A DNA stretch of 64,000 nt from Narcine bancroftii. Its lineage: Eukaryota. Position 1 is the first letter of the stretch, and each line of letters starts with the position of its first letter. A program made the translations under genes and the position numbers. The stretch is taken from NCBI RefSeq assembly GCF_036971445.1, contig NC_091470.1:11780001-11844000 (forward strand), given 5' to 3'. Under the pieces are notes generated by a model. It was not told the origin of the DNA, ran no database searches, and saw only the letters and a program-made list of their open reading frames with translations. Positions 44,800 through 58,334 of this stretch are shown in pieces.

Positions 44800-47670
44800 C
44801 AGAGCCTGGCCCCTCAGAAGGGAAGGGGTAGAAGAGGAGAGGAGAGCAATGGTGATTGAGGGCTCATTGGTTAGACGAAGGGATAGGATGTTTGGTGAAT
44901 GAGATTGAGCCTCCTGGATGGTGCGTTGTCTCCCAGGTGCCAGGGTCAGGGACGTCTCTGATCGAGTTCATGGGGGAGGGTGAGCAGACAGATGTCCACG
45001 TGGGTACCAATGACATAGAATGGAGTAGGGATGAAGTCCTGAAGAGGGAATATAGGGAGTTAGGAAAGAAGTTTAAGAAAGTGACTAAATGTAAACCTGG
45101 GAATTATAGGCCCGTGAGTCTGACGTCTGTGATGGAAAGTGTTCTGAGGGATGGTATTTACAAATATTTGGAGGTACAGGAATTACTAGGGAGTAATCAA
45201 CATGGTTTTGTCAGGGGTAGATCATGCTTGACAAACCTGATTGAGTTTTTCAAGGGGGTTACAAAAAGGGTTGATGAAGGAAAAGCTGTGGATGTTGTCT
45301 ATTTAGACTTTAGTAAAGCTTTTGACAAAGTTCCCCACAGGAGGTTAGGAAAAAAGGTGGAGGCATTAGGTATAAATGAGGAGGTAGTGAAATGGATTCA
45401 GCAATGGTTGGATGGGAGGTGTCAGAGAGTAGTGGTAGAAAATTGTTTGTCCAATTGGAGGCCGGTGACTAGTGGAGTTCCTCAGGGATCGGTCCTCGGT
45501 CCACTATTGTTTGTTATATATATTAACGATCTGGAAGTAGGGGTGGAGAATTGGATAAGCAAGTTTGCGGATGGTACAAAGATTGGTGGTGTTGTGGACA
45601 GTGAAGAAGATTACTGTAGATTAAAAGGTGATTTAGGAAAGCTGGAGGTGTGGGCTGAGAAATGGCTGATGGAATTTAATACAGATAAGGGTGAGGTGTT
45701 ACATTTTGAAAAGGCAAATCTAAAATAGGTCATATGCATTAAATGGTAGGCTATTGAGACGTGCAGAGCAACAAAGGGATTTAGGAGTTGTGGTAAATAG
45801 TACCCTCAAGGCTGATACTCAGGTAGATGGTGTGGTGAAGAAGGCATTTGGAATGTTGGCCTTCATAAATCGGAGTATTGAATTCAAGAGTAGGGAGGTT
45901 ATGATGAAATTGTACAAGGCATTGGTGAGGCCAAATTTGGAGTACTGTGTACAGTTTTGGTCACCAAATTATAGGAAAGATATAAACAAAATAGAGCGAG
46001 TGCAGAGAAGGTTCACGAGAATGTTGACAGGATTTCAAGGTTTGAGTTACAGGGAAAGGTTGTGCAGACTGGGGCTTTTTTCTCTGGAGCGTAGAAGATT
46101 GAGAGGGGACTTGATAGAGGTGTTTAAGATTTTAAAAGGGACAGACAGAGTAAACGTGGATAGGCTTTTTCTACTAAGAGTGGGGGAGATTCAAACTAGA
46201 ATGCATGGTTTAAGATTGAAGGGGAAAAATTATAAGGGGAACATGAGGGGAAATTTCTTTACGCAGAGGGTGGTGGGGATGTGGAATGAGCTTCCGGCAG
46301 ACGTGGTCGAGGCGGGATCATGGGTTACATTTAAGGAAAGACTAGATAGTTACATGGATAGGAGGGGACTAGAGGGGTATGGACCGGGTGCTGGTCAGTG
46401 GGACTAGGAGGGTGGGGATTTGTTACGGCATGGACTAGTAGGGCCGAACTGGCCTGTTCTGTGCTGTAAGTGGTTATATGGTTATATGGTTAAGTTAAAA
46501 AGCAATTCCTCAAGGGTGGTGATCTCGGGATCGCTGCCTGTGCCACGTGGCAGAGAGGGTAGGAACAAGGAGTTGTGGCAGATGAATGTGTGGCTGAAGA
46601 ATTGGTGCAGGGGGCAGGGATTCAGATTTCTGGATCATTGGGATCTCTTCTGGGGAAGGTCTGACCTGTACAAAAAGGTTGGCTGCACCTGAACTGGAGG
46701 GAGACCAATATTCTGGCAGGCAGGTTTGATGGGGGTTGGTTTAAGCTAGTTTGGCAGGGAGGTGGGAATCAGAATGTGAGGGCAGAGATTAGGTTAGAAG
46801 GACAAAAGCTTGATGCTGTGTGCTCTGAGTTGGTGAGGAAGGACAGGCAGGGGACAGAACATAAAGGGAGCCAGTTAGAGGGGATGAAATGTGTCTATTT
46901 CATTAGGGGTATTAGGAAAAAAGGGGATGAACTTAGAGCCTGGATCAATACGTGGAACCTTGATGTTGTGGCCGTTACAGAAACTTGGTTGGAGGAAGGG
47001 CAGGATTGGCTGACGCAGGTACCTGGGTTTAGGGGTTTTAAAAGGAATAGGAGCGGAGGTGGGGGTGGGAAGTAGTATTATGGGTCAGGGATAGTATCAT
47101 GGCTATAGAAAGGGAGGAGGCTGCAGAGGGAGGGCCCACTGAGTCAGTGTGGATGAAGTCAGAAACAGGAAGGGAGCTATCACTGTGCTGGGAGTCACCT
47201 ACAGGCCCCCAAATAGCCCTCAGAACTGCAAGGAGCAGATCAGCAGGCAGATTTTGGAATGGTGGGAAATACAGGGTTGTAGTTATTGGTGATTTCAACT
47301 TCCCTAACATTGACTGGCATCTCCTGACTGCAAGAGGGATCGATGGGGCTGAATTTGTCAGGTGTGTCCAAGAAGGATTCCTGACACCGTGTGTGGACCG
47401 GTCGACGAGAGGAGAGACCAGACGGGATCTGGTTCTGGGGAATGAACCTGGTCAGGGGGCGGACCTCTCAGTGGGGGAGCATTTTGGTGAGAGTGACCAC
47501 AACTCCCTGAGCTTCAACATAGCTATGGAAAAGGATATAAACAGTCAAACTAGGGAAGGGCCAATTACGAAGGGATGAGGCAGGAACTCGCGAGAGTAAA
47601 TTGGAAACAAGGGTGAAAGCACAGAAGTAACGTGGAGGGAGTTTAGGGACCACTTGTGCTGGGTTCAGTT
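44800..47670 (+). mobile_element. Decayed CR1 (SGNH-esterase ORF1 plus ORF2 endonuclease) split by a younger CR1
   Basis: VHVGTNDI, WDLFWGRSDLYK, VAVTETWL, GDFNFPNIDW, SDHN; boundaries approximate. Confidence 0.85.
45074..46491 (+). mobile_element. Nested 5'-truncated CR1 (RT to 3' end)
   Basis: NYRPVSLTS, GVPQGSVLGP, KFADGTK; (TGGTTATA)n tail; probable TSD AAGTT (45069-45073 and 46492-46496). Confidence 0.9.
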
Positions 47671-47699
47671 TGGAGAGGTGGGAGAGACCTGAAAATGGA

Positions 47700-50600
47700 T
47701 GCGTAAGATGAGTACATTAAACTATATAACTATTAATATTAATGGAATCCACAATCAAATTAAGAGAAAAAAGCTACCGACACTACTTAAAAAGGAGAAA
47801 ATAGACTTAACTGAGTTAGAACACTGCAAACTGAAGAGAGACTTGGGTGGGTCATGTAGAGGCATCATCATACAATTCAAAAGCCAGGGGAGTTGCCATA
47901 TTAGTTAATAAGAATCTGCCAATGAAGATAAAGGAAGTAATAACAGACCCAGCGGGGAGATACGGAATGATGATGTGCCAGATTTAGTCAGATTTTTGGA
48001 ATTTGGGGAACATTTATGATGATCAGGAATTTATGCAGGACATATTTTTAAAGGTGGCAGACACACAGGGACACATTTTACTGGGGGGGGGGAGTCTTTA
48101 ATTTTAACCTTGACCCATTGATAGATAAAAACCTGAAAGACAAATAAATAATAAAGCAGCCAAATTTACATTAAACTCAATGCATGATATGAAGATAATT
48201 GACATATATGGAGAAAACAACACCCAAAAGAAAGAGATTATTCATAACATAACATAACAATTACAGCACGGAAACAGGCCATTAGGCCCTTCTAGTCCGC
48301 ACCGAACCAAACACCCCTTTCTAGTCCCACCTCCCTGCACAATGCCCATAACCCTCCATCTTCTTCTCATCCATATACCTGTCCAACCTTTTCTTAAATA
48401 ATACAATTGACTCCGCCGCCACTATTTCTCCCGGAAGCTCATTCCACACGGCTACCACTCTCTGAGAAAAGAAGTTCCCCCTATTACTGAAACAGACACA
48501 AAACCTATTCAAGGATCGATATGTTTGTTGTCAGCACAGATTCAGGGGAGAGTTCGAAACACTGAATATAAAGCAAAACTGATATCTGGCCTCTCACCCT
48601 TATTCGTGACAATTGATTTAGAGGATATTCCACCTAAAACAGATAGATGGAGGCTAAACCCTATATTGTTAAAAAGGCAAGGTTTTCGGGAATATATGAA
48701 CAACAAATCAAAATATTTTTCAATACAAATTCAGTAACAGATAAATGTATATTAAGGGATGCAATAAAGGCCTTTATTAGAGGACAAATAATTAGTCATA
48801 CAACTAAGATTAAAAAAGAATATAATCAGGAAATAGAGCAGTTGGAAAAAGATAGTAATTAGAGAAAAAGATTGAATGAGACGTGAAGATACAGAGAAAA
48901 AGAGAGAATTGGGAGAGAAAAAAAATGACACATTACAAACATACAAAGTGGAGAAAAGCATTATGAAAACAAATCAAAGATATTATGAATTAGGAGAAAA
49001 AACCCATAAAATATTGGCTTGGCAGCTAAAAACAGAACAAGCAAAAAGGACGATCTTAGCAACAAGGAAGGAGAATATACAGATTTCATATAAATCCATT
49101 GGAGATAAATAGAATTTTTTTAAAAATTATAAGCAATTGTATCAAATTGAAAACTCAGGGAATAGATGATTTTTTGTCGACCATTACAATTGGAAGATCA
49201 AAATAAATTACTAAAACCCCTGACAATTACAGAAATACAGGATACACTAATGATAAATGATAAAGTGCCAGGTGAAGATGGATTCCCTACAGAGTTTTAT
49301 AAGGTATTTAATAATCTATTAATCCTGCCCTTTTTAGAAGTAATGAAACAGATGGAAGAGACCCAGAATTTACCTGACTCATATAAAACAGCAATAATTA
49401 CAGTAATTCCAAAAATTGGAAAATAACAGCTGTCAATGGCGTCATATAGATCAATATCTTTACTCAATACAGATTATAAATTAATTACAAAGTTACTAGC
49501 AAATAGATTAACAAATTGTGTTCCAAAATTAGGATTTGTTAAAATTGGAAGAACGGCAGATAATGTCTGTAAATTTGTTAATTTAATCCATACAGTGCAA
49601 ATAAATAAAACATCAACTGTGGCAGTAACTCTAAATGTAGAGAAAGCTTTTGATAGGGTGGAATGAAATTATCTGTTTAAAGTACTACAGAAATTCAAAT
49701 TACCAGAAACATTTATTAATTGGATTAAAGCATTGCATAATGGACCTTTGACAAAAGTGGTAACAAATGGATATGTTTCAGATCACTTTAAATTGAGTAG
49801 ATCAACTAGGCAGGGATATTATAGAACCATTGGCAGAGCTAATAAGAAAAGAACCAACAATAAAGGAAATAAAAGTAAAAGAGGAATTTTAAATGAGCTT
49901 GATTGTGAATTATAGTATAGTATATTTAATGAACCCAGGTAAATCAATAAAAAGGTTATATACAAAATTGAAAGATGGATATCAGGATACAAAGTTAATA
50001 TTGATAAAAGTGAAGTGATGTCAATGAACAGTTGATTATACAAAATATAAAAGGGAATCCCCTTTTAAATGGCACTCACAGCCTACACCTTTTGGGAGGA
50101 TTTAAACTTAATATTAAATGGAATTACAAAAAAAATAGGAATCCAAAAGATCCAGAAATCTTCCTGTTAAACAACATCAAAGCCAAAGAATTAGGCCTAA
50201 AATTAGACAGGATACAAAAAAGATTTGTTATGATTACACTTGCAGTAGCATAAAATGCAAAATGATTAACTCAGAGAGTGGTGACTGAGTGGAATGACCT
50301 GGTAGAGGTGGTTGCAGCAGGGTCAGTTTTGTCATTTAAGAGGAGGTTGGATGAGTGCATGGATGTGAGGGGGTTGGAGGGTTATGGGCAGGGAGCAGGT
50401 AGGTGGTACGAGTGGAGTTTCACTTAAATTGGTGCGGACTAGAAGGGCCGATATGGCCTCTTTCCATACTGTGATTGTCATATGTATAACTTGGAAAATG
50501 GAGGCAAACTTAAAAAATACAACAATGGTCCATAGAAATGAACAAGTGTATTCCATGAGAAAAAATTCCATACAATCTAAAAGACAAATATACTTTACAT

Positions 50601-50910
50601 GAACAAATTTGTAAATGATACATAGAGTACATTAGAAACCACTGATTTCAGACCTCCATCTCTTAAAACGATAAGCTACAAATTCAAAAATACTTCAATA
50701 TGGAATTTAGGACAATACGATTTCTTTTTTTTTCTCTTTTGTGTTCTTATATTGTTTATTTATATTTTTTCTTGCTTTATGTTACAGGAGGTGGGGAGGG
50801 TGCAGGGAAAGGGGGAAAAGGTCACTGTGTGTATTTTAATGAAGAATGTATATATTGTTATTGAAATGGTTCACAGTGAAGTATTAAATAAAAAATCATT
50901 AAAAAAAACA
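47700..50910 (+). mobile_element. Second decayed L1/Tx1-clade ORF2 remnant with small CR1 inserts (~48243-48485 minus; ~50270-50490 plus)
   Basis: ITININGIHNQIKRKK, PGEDGFPTEFYK, SYRSISLLNTDYKL, EKAFDRVE; AATAAA plus A-rich tail at ~50890-50910. Confidence 0.85.
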
Positions 50911-52632
50911 GAGAGAAAGCACCCTCTGCACCGTCCCATCACACACTCCCTGGGTCAGACACAGAGTGAAGCTCCCTCCGCATCGTCCCATCACACACTC
51001 CCGGGGTTAGACACAGAGTGAAGCTCCCTCCGCACCGTCCCATCACACACTCTTGGGGTCAGACACAGAGTGAAGCTCCCTCCACACTGTCCCATCACAC
51101 ACTCCCAGGGTCAGACACACAGTGAAGCTCCCTCCACACCATCCCATCACACACTCCCAGGGTCAGACACAGAGTGAAGATCCCTCTGCACCATCCCATT
51201 ACACACTCCCGGGGTCAGACTCAGAGTGAAGCTCCCTCCGCATCGTCCCGTCACACTCTCCCGGGGTCAGACACAGAGAGAAGCTCCCTCCGCACCATCC
51301 CAAAAAACACTCCCAGGGTCAGACACAGAGTGAATCTCCCTCCACACAGTCCCATTACACACTCCCAGGGTCAGACACAGTGAATCTCCCTCCACATCGT
51401 CCCATCACACACTCCCAGGGTCAGACAGAGTGAAGCTCCCTCCGCACCATCCCATTACACACTCCCGGGGTCAGACACAGAGAGAAGCTCCCCCTGCACC
51501 GTCCCATCACACACTCCTGGGGTCAGACAGAGTTAAGCTTCCTCGGCACCGTCCAATCACACATTCCCAGGGTTCAGACACAGAGTGAAGCTCCCTCTGC
51601 ACTGACACATCACGTGCTCCCAGGGTCAGACACAGAGAGAAGCTCCCTCCGCAACATCCCATCACACACTCCCAGGGTCAGACACAGAGTGAAGCTCCTT
51701 CCGCACCGTCCCATAACACACTCCTGGGGTCAGATGCTGAGTGAAGCTCTCTCTGCACCATCCAATCACACACTCCCGGGATCAGACACAGAGTGAAGCT
51801 CCCTCCGCACCATCCCATCACACACTCCTGGGGTCAGGTGCTAAGTGAAGCTCACTCCGCACCATCTGATCACATACTCCCGGGATCAGACACAGAGTGA
51901 GGCTCCCTCCACACCTTCTCATCACTCACTTCCGGGGTCAGACACAGAGTGAATTTCCCTCTACACCGTCCCATTACACTCTCCTGGGGTCAGACACACA
52001 GTGAAGCTCCCTCCACACCATCCCATCACACACTCCCAGGGTCAGACACAAAGTGAAGCTCCCTCTGCACTGTCCCATCACACACTCCTGAGGTCAGATG
52101 CTGAGTGAAGCTCCCTCCGCACTGTCCCATCACACACTCCTGGGGTCATGCTGAGTGAAGCTCCCTTCGCACTGTCCAATCACACACTCCCAGGATCAGA
52201 CAGAGAGTGAAGCTCCCTCCGCACCTTCTCATCAACAGGGGAGAAACACAGAGTGAATCTCCCTCCACACTGTCCCATCACACACACCCAGGGTCAGACA
52301 CAGAGTGAAGCTCCCTCCTCACCATCCCATCACACTCCTGTGGTTCAGACACGGAGTGAAGCTCTCACTGCATTGACACATCACACTTTCCTGGTGTCAG
52401 ACACAGAGAGAAGCTCCCATCACACCGTTGAATTACACACTCCCAGGGTCAGACACAGAGTGAAGCTCCCTCCACACCATCCCATCACACAATCCTGGGG
52501 TCAGACAGAGTGAAGCTCCCTCCGCATCATCCCATTACACACTCCCAGGGTCAGACACAGAGTGAAGCTCCCTCCACACTTTCTCATCACACACTCCTGG
52601 GGTCAGACACAGATTGAAGTTCTCTCCGCACT
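50910..52632. repeat. ~53-bp degenerate satellite (gggtcagacacagagtgaagctccctccgcaccgtcccatcacacactcc), ~33 copies
   Basis: Visible periodicity. Confidence 0.92.
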
Positions 52633-52642
52633 GCCTCTGATG

Positions 52643-54437
52643 GTGACCCTGACCCTGACCCTGTCCCTGCCCCTGACCCTGACCCTGCCCCTGTCCCTGC
52701 CTCTGTCCCTGACCCTGACCCTGTCCGTGCCCCTGACCCTGACCCTGACCCTGACCCTGACCCTGACCCTGTCCGTGTCCCTGACCCTGTCCCTGCCTCT
52801 GTCCCTGACCCTGCCCCTGACCCTGCCTCTGCCCCTGACCCTGTCCGTGTCCCTGCCCCTGACCCTGCCCCTGCCCCTGACCCTGCCCCTGACCTTGCCT
52901 CTGCCCCTGACCCTGTCCGTGTCCCTGACCCTGTCCCTGCCCCTGAACTTCCCCTGCCCCTGACCCTGTCCCTGACCCTGCCCCTGTCCCTGACCCTGCC
53001 CCTGACCCTGTCCCTGCCTCTGTCCCTGACCCTGCCCCTGACCCTGTCCGTGTCCCTGACCCTGTCCCTGCCTCTGCCCCTGACCCTGACCCTGTCCGTG
53101 TCCCTGTCCCTGCCTCTGTCCCTGCCCCTGACCCGTGTCCCTGACCCTGTCCCTGCCCCTGACCCTGACCCTGACCCTGCCCCTGACCCTGCCTCTGCCC
53201 CTGACCCTGTCCGTGTCCCTGACCCTGTCCCTGACCCTTCCCCTGCCCCTGACCCTGCCCCTGACCCTGCCTCTGTCCCTGACCCTGCGCCTGACCCTGA
53301 CCCTGTCCGTCCCTGACCCTGTCTCTGCCTCTGTCCCTGACCCTGACCCTGTCTGTGTCCCTGCCCCTGCCCCTGACCCTGCCCCTGACCCTGACCCTGA
53401 CCCTGTCCGTGTCCCTGACCCTGTCCCTGACCCTTCCCCTGCCCCTGACCCTGCCCCTGCCCCTGACCCTGCCTCTGCCCCTGACCCTGTCCGTGTCCCT
53501 GACCCTGTCCCTGACCCTTCCCCTGTCCCTGACCCTGCCCCTGACCCTGACCCTGTCCGTGTCCCTGACCCTGCCGCTGACCCTGTCCGTGTCCCTGACC
53601 CTGCCCCTGTCCCTGACCCTGACCCTGACCCTGCCCCTGCCCCTGACCCTGCCTCTACCCCTGACCCTGTCCGTCCCTGACCCTGACCCTGTCCGTGTCC
53701 CTGACCCTGCCCCTGACCCTGCCTCTGTCCCTGACCCTGACCCTGTCCGTGTCCCTGACCCTGACCCTGTCCCTGCCTCTGTCCCTGACCCTGCCCCTGA
53801 CCCTGTCCGTGTCCCTGACCCTGTCCCTACCTCTGCCCCTGTCCCTGACCCTGACCCTGCCTCTGTCCCTGACCCTGACCCTGTCCCTGCCTCTGTCCCT
53901 GACCCTGCGCCTGACCCTGACCCTGTCCGTGTCCCTGACCCTGTCCCTGCCTCTGTCCCTGACCCTGCCCCTGACCCTGACCCTGTCTGTGTCCCTGCCC
54001 CTGACCCTGCCCCTGCCCCTGACCCTGCCTCTGCCCCTGACCCTGTCCGTGTCCCTGACCCTGTCCGTCCCTGACCCTGACCCTGTCCGTGTCCCTGACC
54101 TTGTCCCTGACCCTTCCCCTGCCCCTGACCCTGCCCCTGACCCTGACCCTGCCTCTGCCCCTGACCCTGTCCGTGTCCCTGACCCTGTCCGTCCCTGACC
54201 CTGACCCTGTCCGTGTCCCTGACCTTGTCCCTGACCCTTCCCCTGCCCCTGACCCTGCCCCTGACCCTTCCCCTGCCCCTGACCCTGCCTCTGACCCTGA
54301 CCCTGACCCTGTCCGTGTCCCTGACCCTGACCCTGCCTCTGTCCCTGACCCTGCCCCTGACCCTGTCCGTGTCCCTGACCCTGACCCTGACCCTGACCTT
54401 GACCCTGACCCTGCCTCTGTCCCTGACCCTGACCCTC
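52643..54437. repeat. Hexamer array (CCCTGA/CCCTGT/CCCTGC/CCGTGT), ~1.8 kb, telomere-variant-like TCAGGG
   Basis: Read directly from the sequence. Confidence 0.95.
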
Positions 54438-54504
54438 CACCTTTATCCCTGACCCATCCCCTTTGCTCCCTGACGATGGATCAAGGCTGAAATCTCTGCC
54501 CCTC

Positions 54505-54687
54505 AAAGCCACGTGACACGTGACGTCAGACGGTTTCCTGGCAACGAAGGTAAACAACAGGAAACTGACGGGAGGCGCGGAGTCCGTGTATCGGGATCTG
54601 ATTGGGACTGGTGGAGTCCGGGTCCGAGACATTCCGGGACTGGGCGAGATCGGGATCGGGCCTGGGACTGAGCGAGTCCGAGTGAGT
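54505..54687 (+). promoter_or_regulatory. Probable ZC2HC1C promoter and non-coding exon 1 (candidate donor 54681/54682)
   Basis: E-boxes CACGTG at 54510 and 54517; CRE TGACGTCA 54521-54528; RFX X-box GTTTCCTGGCAAC 54533-54545; forkhead GTAAACAA 54550-54557; CGA|GTGAGT. Confidence 0.7.
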
Positions 54688-54699
54688 CGGGATTGAGAA

Positions 54700-54960
54700 A
54701 GTCCGGATCTGAGCGAGTCCGGGTCTGAGAGAGTCCGGGATTGAGAGAGTCCAGATCTAAGAGGATCCGGGATTGAGGAAGCCGGGTCTGAGCGAGTCCA
54801 GGATTGAGAGAGTCCAGATCTAAGAGGATCCGGGATTGAGGAACCCGGGTCTGAGAGAGTCCAGATCTAAGAGGATCCGGGATTGAGGAACCCGGGTCTG
54901 AGAGAGTCCAGATCTAAGAGGATCCGGGATTGAGGGTCTGAGAGCGTCTGGGATTGAACA
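54700..54960. repeat. 16/47-bp tandem repeat (gagagtccagatctaagaggatccgggattgagg)
   Basis: ccagatctaa at 54751, 54814, 54861, 54908. Confidence 0.85.
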
Positions 54961-55309
54961 AGTCCGACTCCTGGTGTCCAGGGGGATGTAGTTCCTGAAG
55001 GAGCAGGTCCAGGTAAAACAGCAGCTTCCATCGCCCCCCCCCCCAACAGATTGGAGGAAGGTTGGGGGGTGGGGGATCCCACCATGTGCCCTGTGCCAGG
55101 GTACACGTGCCCCACTCTGGAAGGTGCCTGGTTCAGGGTAGGGGAGGGGCTGTCAGGGAGATGGGGGGTGCTGATGTTGACAGAGTGATGGGTGGCTGGA
55201 ACGGGATGCTAGGAATCGGGCGAGGGGGCGGGGGGTGAGGAAGCAGGGGCAAAAATCGAATCTGGGTCTTCAGTGGAACACATGGACTAAACTGCTCTTG
55301 TATCTACGT

Positions 55310-58300
55310 CCAAATTCCAGCCTTTTCCCCATATCCTTTTGTACCCTGACTCATTAGATACCTATCAATCTACCTTTTAAACTCCCCCAATGATCGGGCC
55401 TCCACAGGTGGATGTGGCAACGAATTCCACAAATCCACGACCCTTTGGCTAAAGAAATTTCCCCTCATCTCTGTTTTAAATGGGTGCCTTCTAATTCTAA
55501 TTGTCCCGGATTCACCCACCAAGGGAAACATATTATTCACATCTACTGTGTCCAATCCTTTCAGCATTTGATATGTTTTTGAGATCCCCGCTCATTCTTC
55601 TATAGTCCAATGAACACAGTCCAAGAGCTGCTAAACATTCCTTATATGTTAGCCCCTGCATTCCAGGAATCATCCTGGTAAATCTTCTCTGGACTCTCTC
55701 CAACATCATGACATCCCTTCTAAGGGGCCCCAAACTGCACACAGTTCTCCAAATGAGGACTCACCAGGGCCCCGTAGAGCCTCATCAACACCTCTTTACT
55801 CTTATACACCATTCCTCTTGAAACGAAGGCCAACATAGCATTCGCTTTCTTCACCTCTGATCCAACCTGGTGGGTAACCTTTTTGTTATCCTGCACGAGG
55901 ACTCCAGGTCCCTTTGCACTTCTGAATTTTGAATTTTCTCCTCATCTAAATAATAATCTGCCTGTTTATTTCCTCTTCCAAAATGTCCATCCGTACATTC
56001 TCAACATTGAGTCTCATCTGCCATTTCTTTGTCCTCTCTCCTAAACTGTCCAAGTCTCTCTGCAACCTTTCAGTTTCTTCAACACTTCCTACTCTACCAC
56101 TTGGTGTCATCTGCAAACTCGGCCACAAAACTATTCATTCCATAATCTAATCATCAGTCCACATTGTAAAAAGAAGCGGCCCCAAACCAATCCCTGTAGA
56201 ACACCACGAGTAACTGGCAACAGGATCCCTTTATTCCCACCCTTTGTTTCCTGCCTATCAGCCAAAGCTCTGCCCATTCTAATATCTTCCCTGTAATTCC
56301 ATGGGCTCCATTTTATTAAACAGCCTCTTATGCAGCAACTTATCGAAGGTCTTTTGAAAACCCAGATACACAACATCCTTGTCCAGCCTACTTGAGATTT
56401 CCTCAAGAATTCCATTAGTTTGGTCAGGCAGGATCTCCCCTTCATAAACCCATACTGGCTGGACCCATCATATCATGCACCTCAAGGTATTTCATCCTTG
56501 AGGATTGACTCCAATAATTTTCCAACTACCAAAATCAGACTAATAGGCCTATAATTTCCTTTTTCTGCCTCCCTTCTTTTGTAAACAGTGGATCTATATT
56601 TGCGACCTCCCAATCCCCTGGAACCATGCCTTTCCAAAGCCTCCAATATCTCCAAGGCCACCTCCTTCAGAATCCATGGGTGCACCACATCCGGTCCGGG
56701 GGAATGACCTTCAGTCCATTCAGCTTACTAAACGCTATCTCTCTCTAGTAATCCTGACTGTACTTAATTCTATTTCCAGAGACCTCTGACTATCAGGTAT
56801 GTTGCTATTTTCTTCCTCAGTGACAACTGATGCAAAATCCTCTTTTCATTCTCTGCCATCTCTTTGTTACCCATTATAATTTCTCCAGCATCATTTCCAA
56901 TCAGCCCTAGATCTACCATGTCTCTCCTTTACTCTTTATATATTTTGAAAAAAAGCTCTCTGTATCTTTTGTCCGTTATTTGCCAACTTCCTTTCATAAT
57001 TCATCTTTTCTTTCCTAATGACTTTCTTTGTCTCTTTCTGTAACTTTAAAAGTTTCCCAGTCCTTTGTTTTCCCACTAATTTTTGCTTCCTTGTCTGCCC
57101 TCCATTTTGCTTTTATTTTAGCCTAAACCTCTATCGTTTGGCCACATTTGTGCCATTTTTCCATTCAGAATTTTCATTTGGAATATATCTAATCTGCACT
57201 GTTTTTATTTCTTTTAGAAATATCCTCCAATTCTGCTCTGCTGTCCCTCCATCTAGTTTACTTTTCCAGACAACTTGGGCCAGTCCTTTCTTATCCCACT
57301 GTAACTCCTTCTGTTCCACTGAAGTATTGACACGTCTGATATCTGTTTTTCCTTTTCAAATCATTTTATGATCACTACTCCCTAAGGGTTCCATTACCTT
57401 TAGTTCCCCAATCACTTCAGGATCATTACACATCACCCAATCCAAAGACCCCGATCCCCTGATGGGCTGATTAACAAGCTGCTCCAAAGAGCCATCCCAT
57501 ACACATTCAACAAATTCTCTCTCCTGAGATCCAGAACCTTCCTGACTTTCCCAATCCCCTTTCATGTTAAATTCCCCCATAATTATTTTGACATTTTTCT
57601 TTTGACACACTTTTTCTATCTCCAGCTATAACTCATGGTCCACTTCCTGGCAGCTGTTTGGGGGCCTGTATATAACTAATAATAGGGCCCTTTTAGTCTT
57701 GCCATTTCTGAACTCAACCCATAAGGATTCTACCACTTCTGACCCTATGTCCCTTCTTTCTAGTGATTTAACATCATTGCTTCCCATCAGGGTCAGGTCA
57801 CCCCCTCTACTCACCTGCCTATTTTTCCTCTACACCGTGTACCCTTGGACATTCTGCTTCCAATCACATCGATCATTAAGCCATGTCCCGGGGATGTCCA
57901 CAATGTCATTTCTTTAATCTGTAGGTGTACAACAAGGTCATCTACTTTATCCCTAATGCCCCGTGTGCTTGGGTACAGGTCCCTTAAGCCAGTATCTGTT
58001 ACCGATCTTGCTGTATTTCTATTGTACAGTGAATTATCCTGACTTTTCACCTGCCTGTCCTTTTTGTCGTCTTTACTGCACATTATTTTTGCCATTTTTA
58101 AAATTTCCTCTTTCTTGACACTAACACCCTGGTTCTCTCCCCTGCCAACTTAGTTTAAACCCTCCCTTATAGTGATATTAAACATCCCCATCAGGATACT
58201 GGTATGCTTGGAGTTCAGGTTTATCCCATCCTTTTTGTACAGGTTAAATCTTCCCCAAAATAGATCCCAAGAACTTGTAACCCTGACCCCCGCACCACTC

Positions 58301-58320
58301 CCGTATTCATCTGCCTAAAT
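55310..58320 (-). mobile_element. Decayed CR1 (EN+RT), antisense in ZC2HC1C intron 1
   Basis: IYRPPN, LGSSDH, NYRPISL, GRSCLT, ERVQRRFTRMIPG, RGNFFSQRVV fragments. Confidence 0.85.
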
Positions 58321-58334
58321 CTGCTATCCTTGCA

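Noticed and set aside
44856-45728. 290-aa esterase-RT fusion ORF
   Set aside because: Chance in-frame junction of an old CR1 ORF1 with a nested younger CR1 RT fragment
52562-54632. LT/PD/GQ dipeptide-repeat ORFs
   Set aside because: Artefacts of the hexamer array
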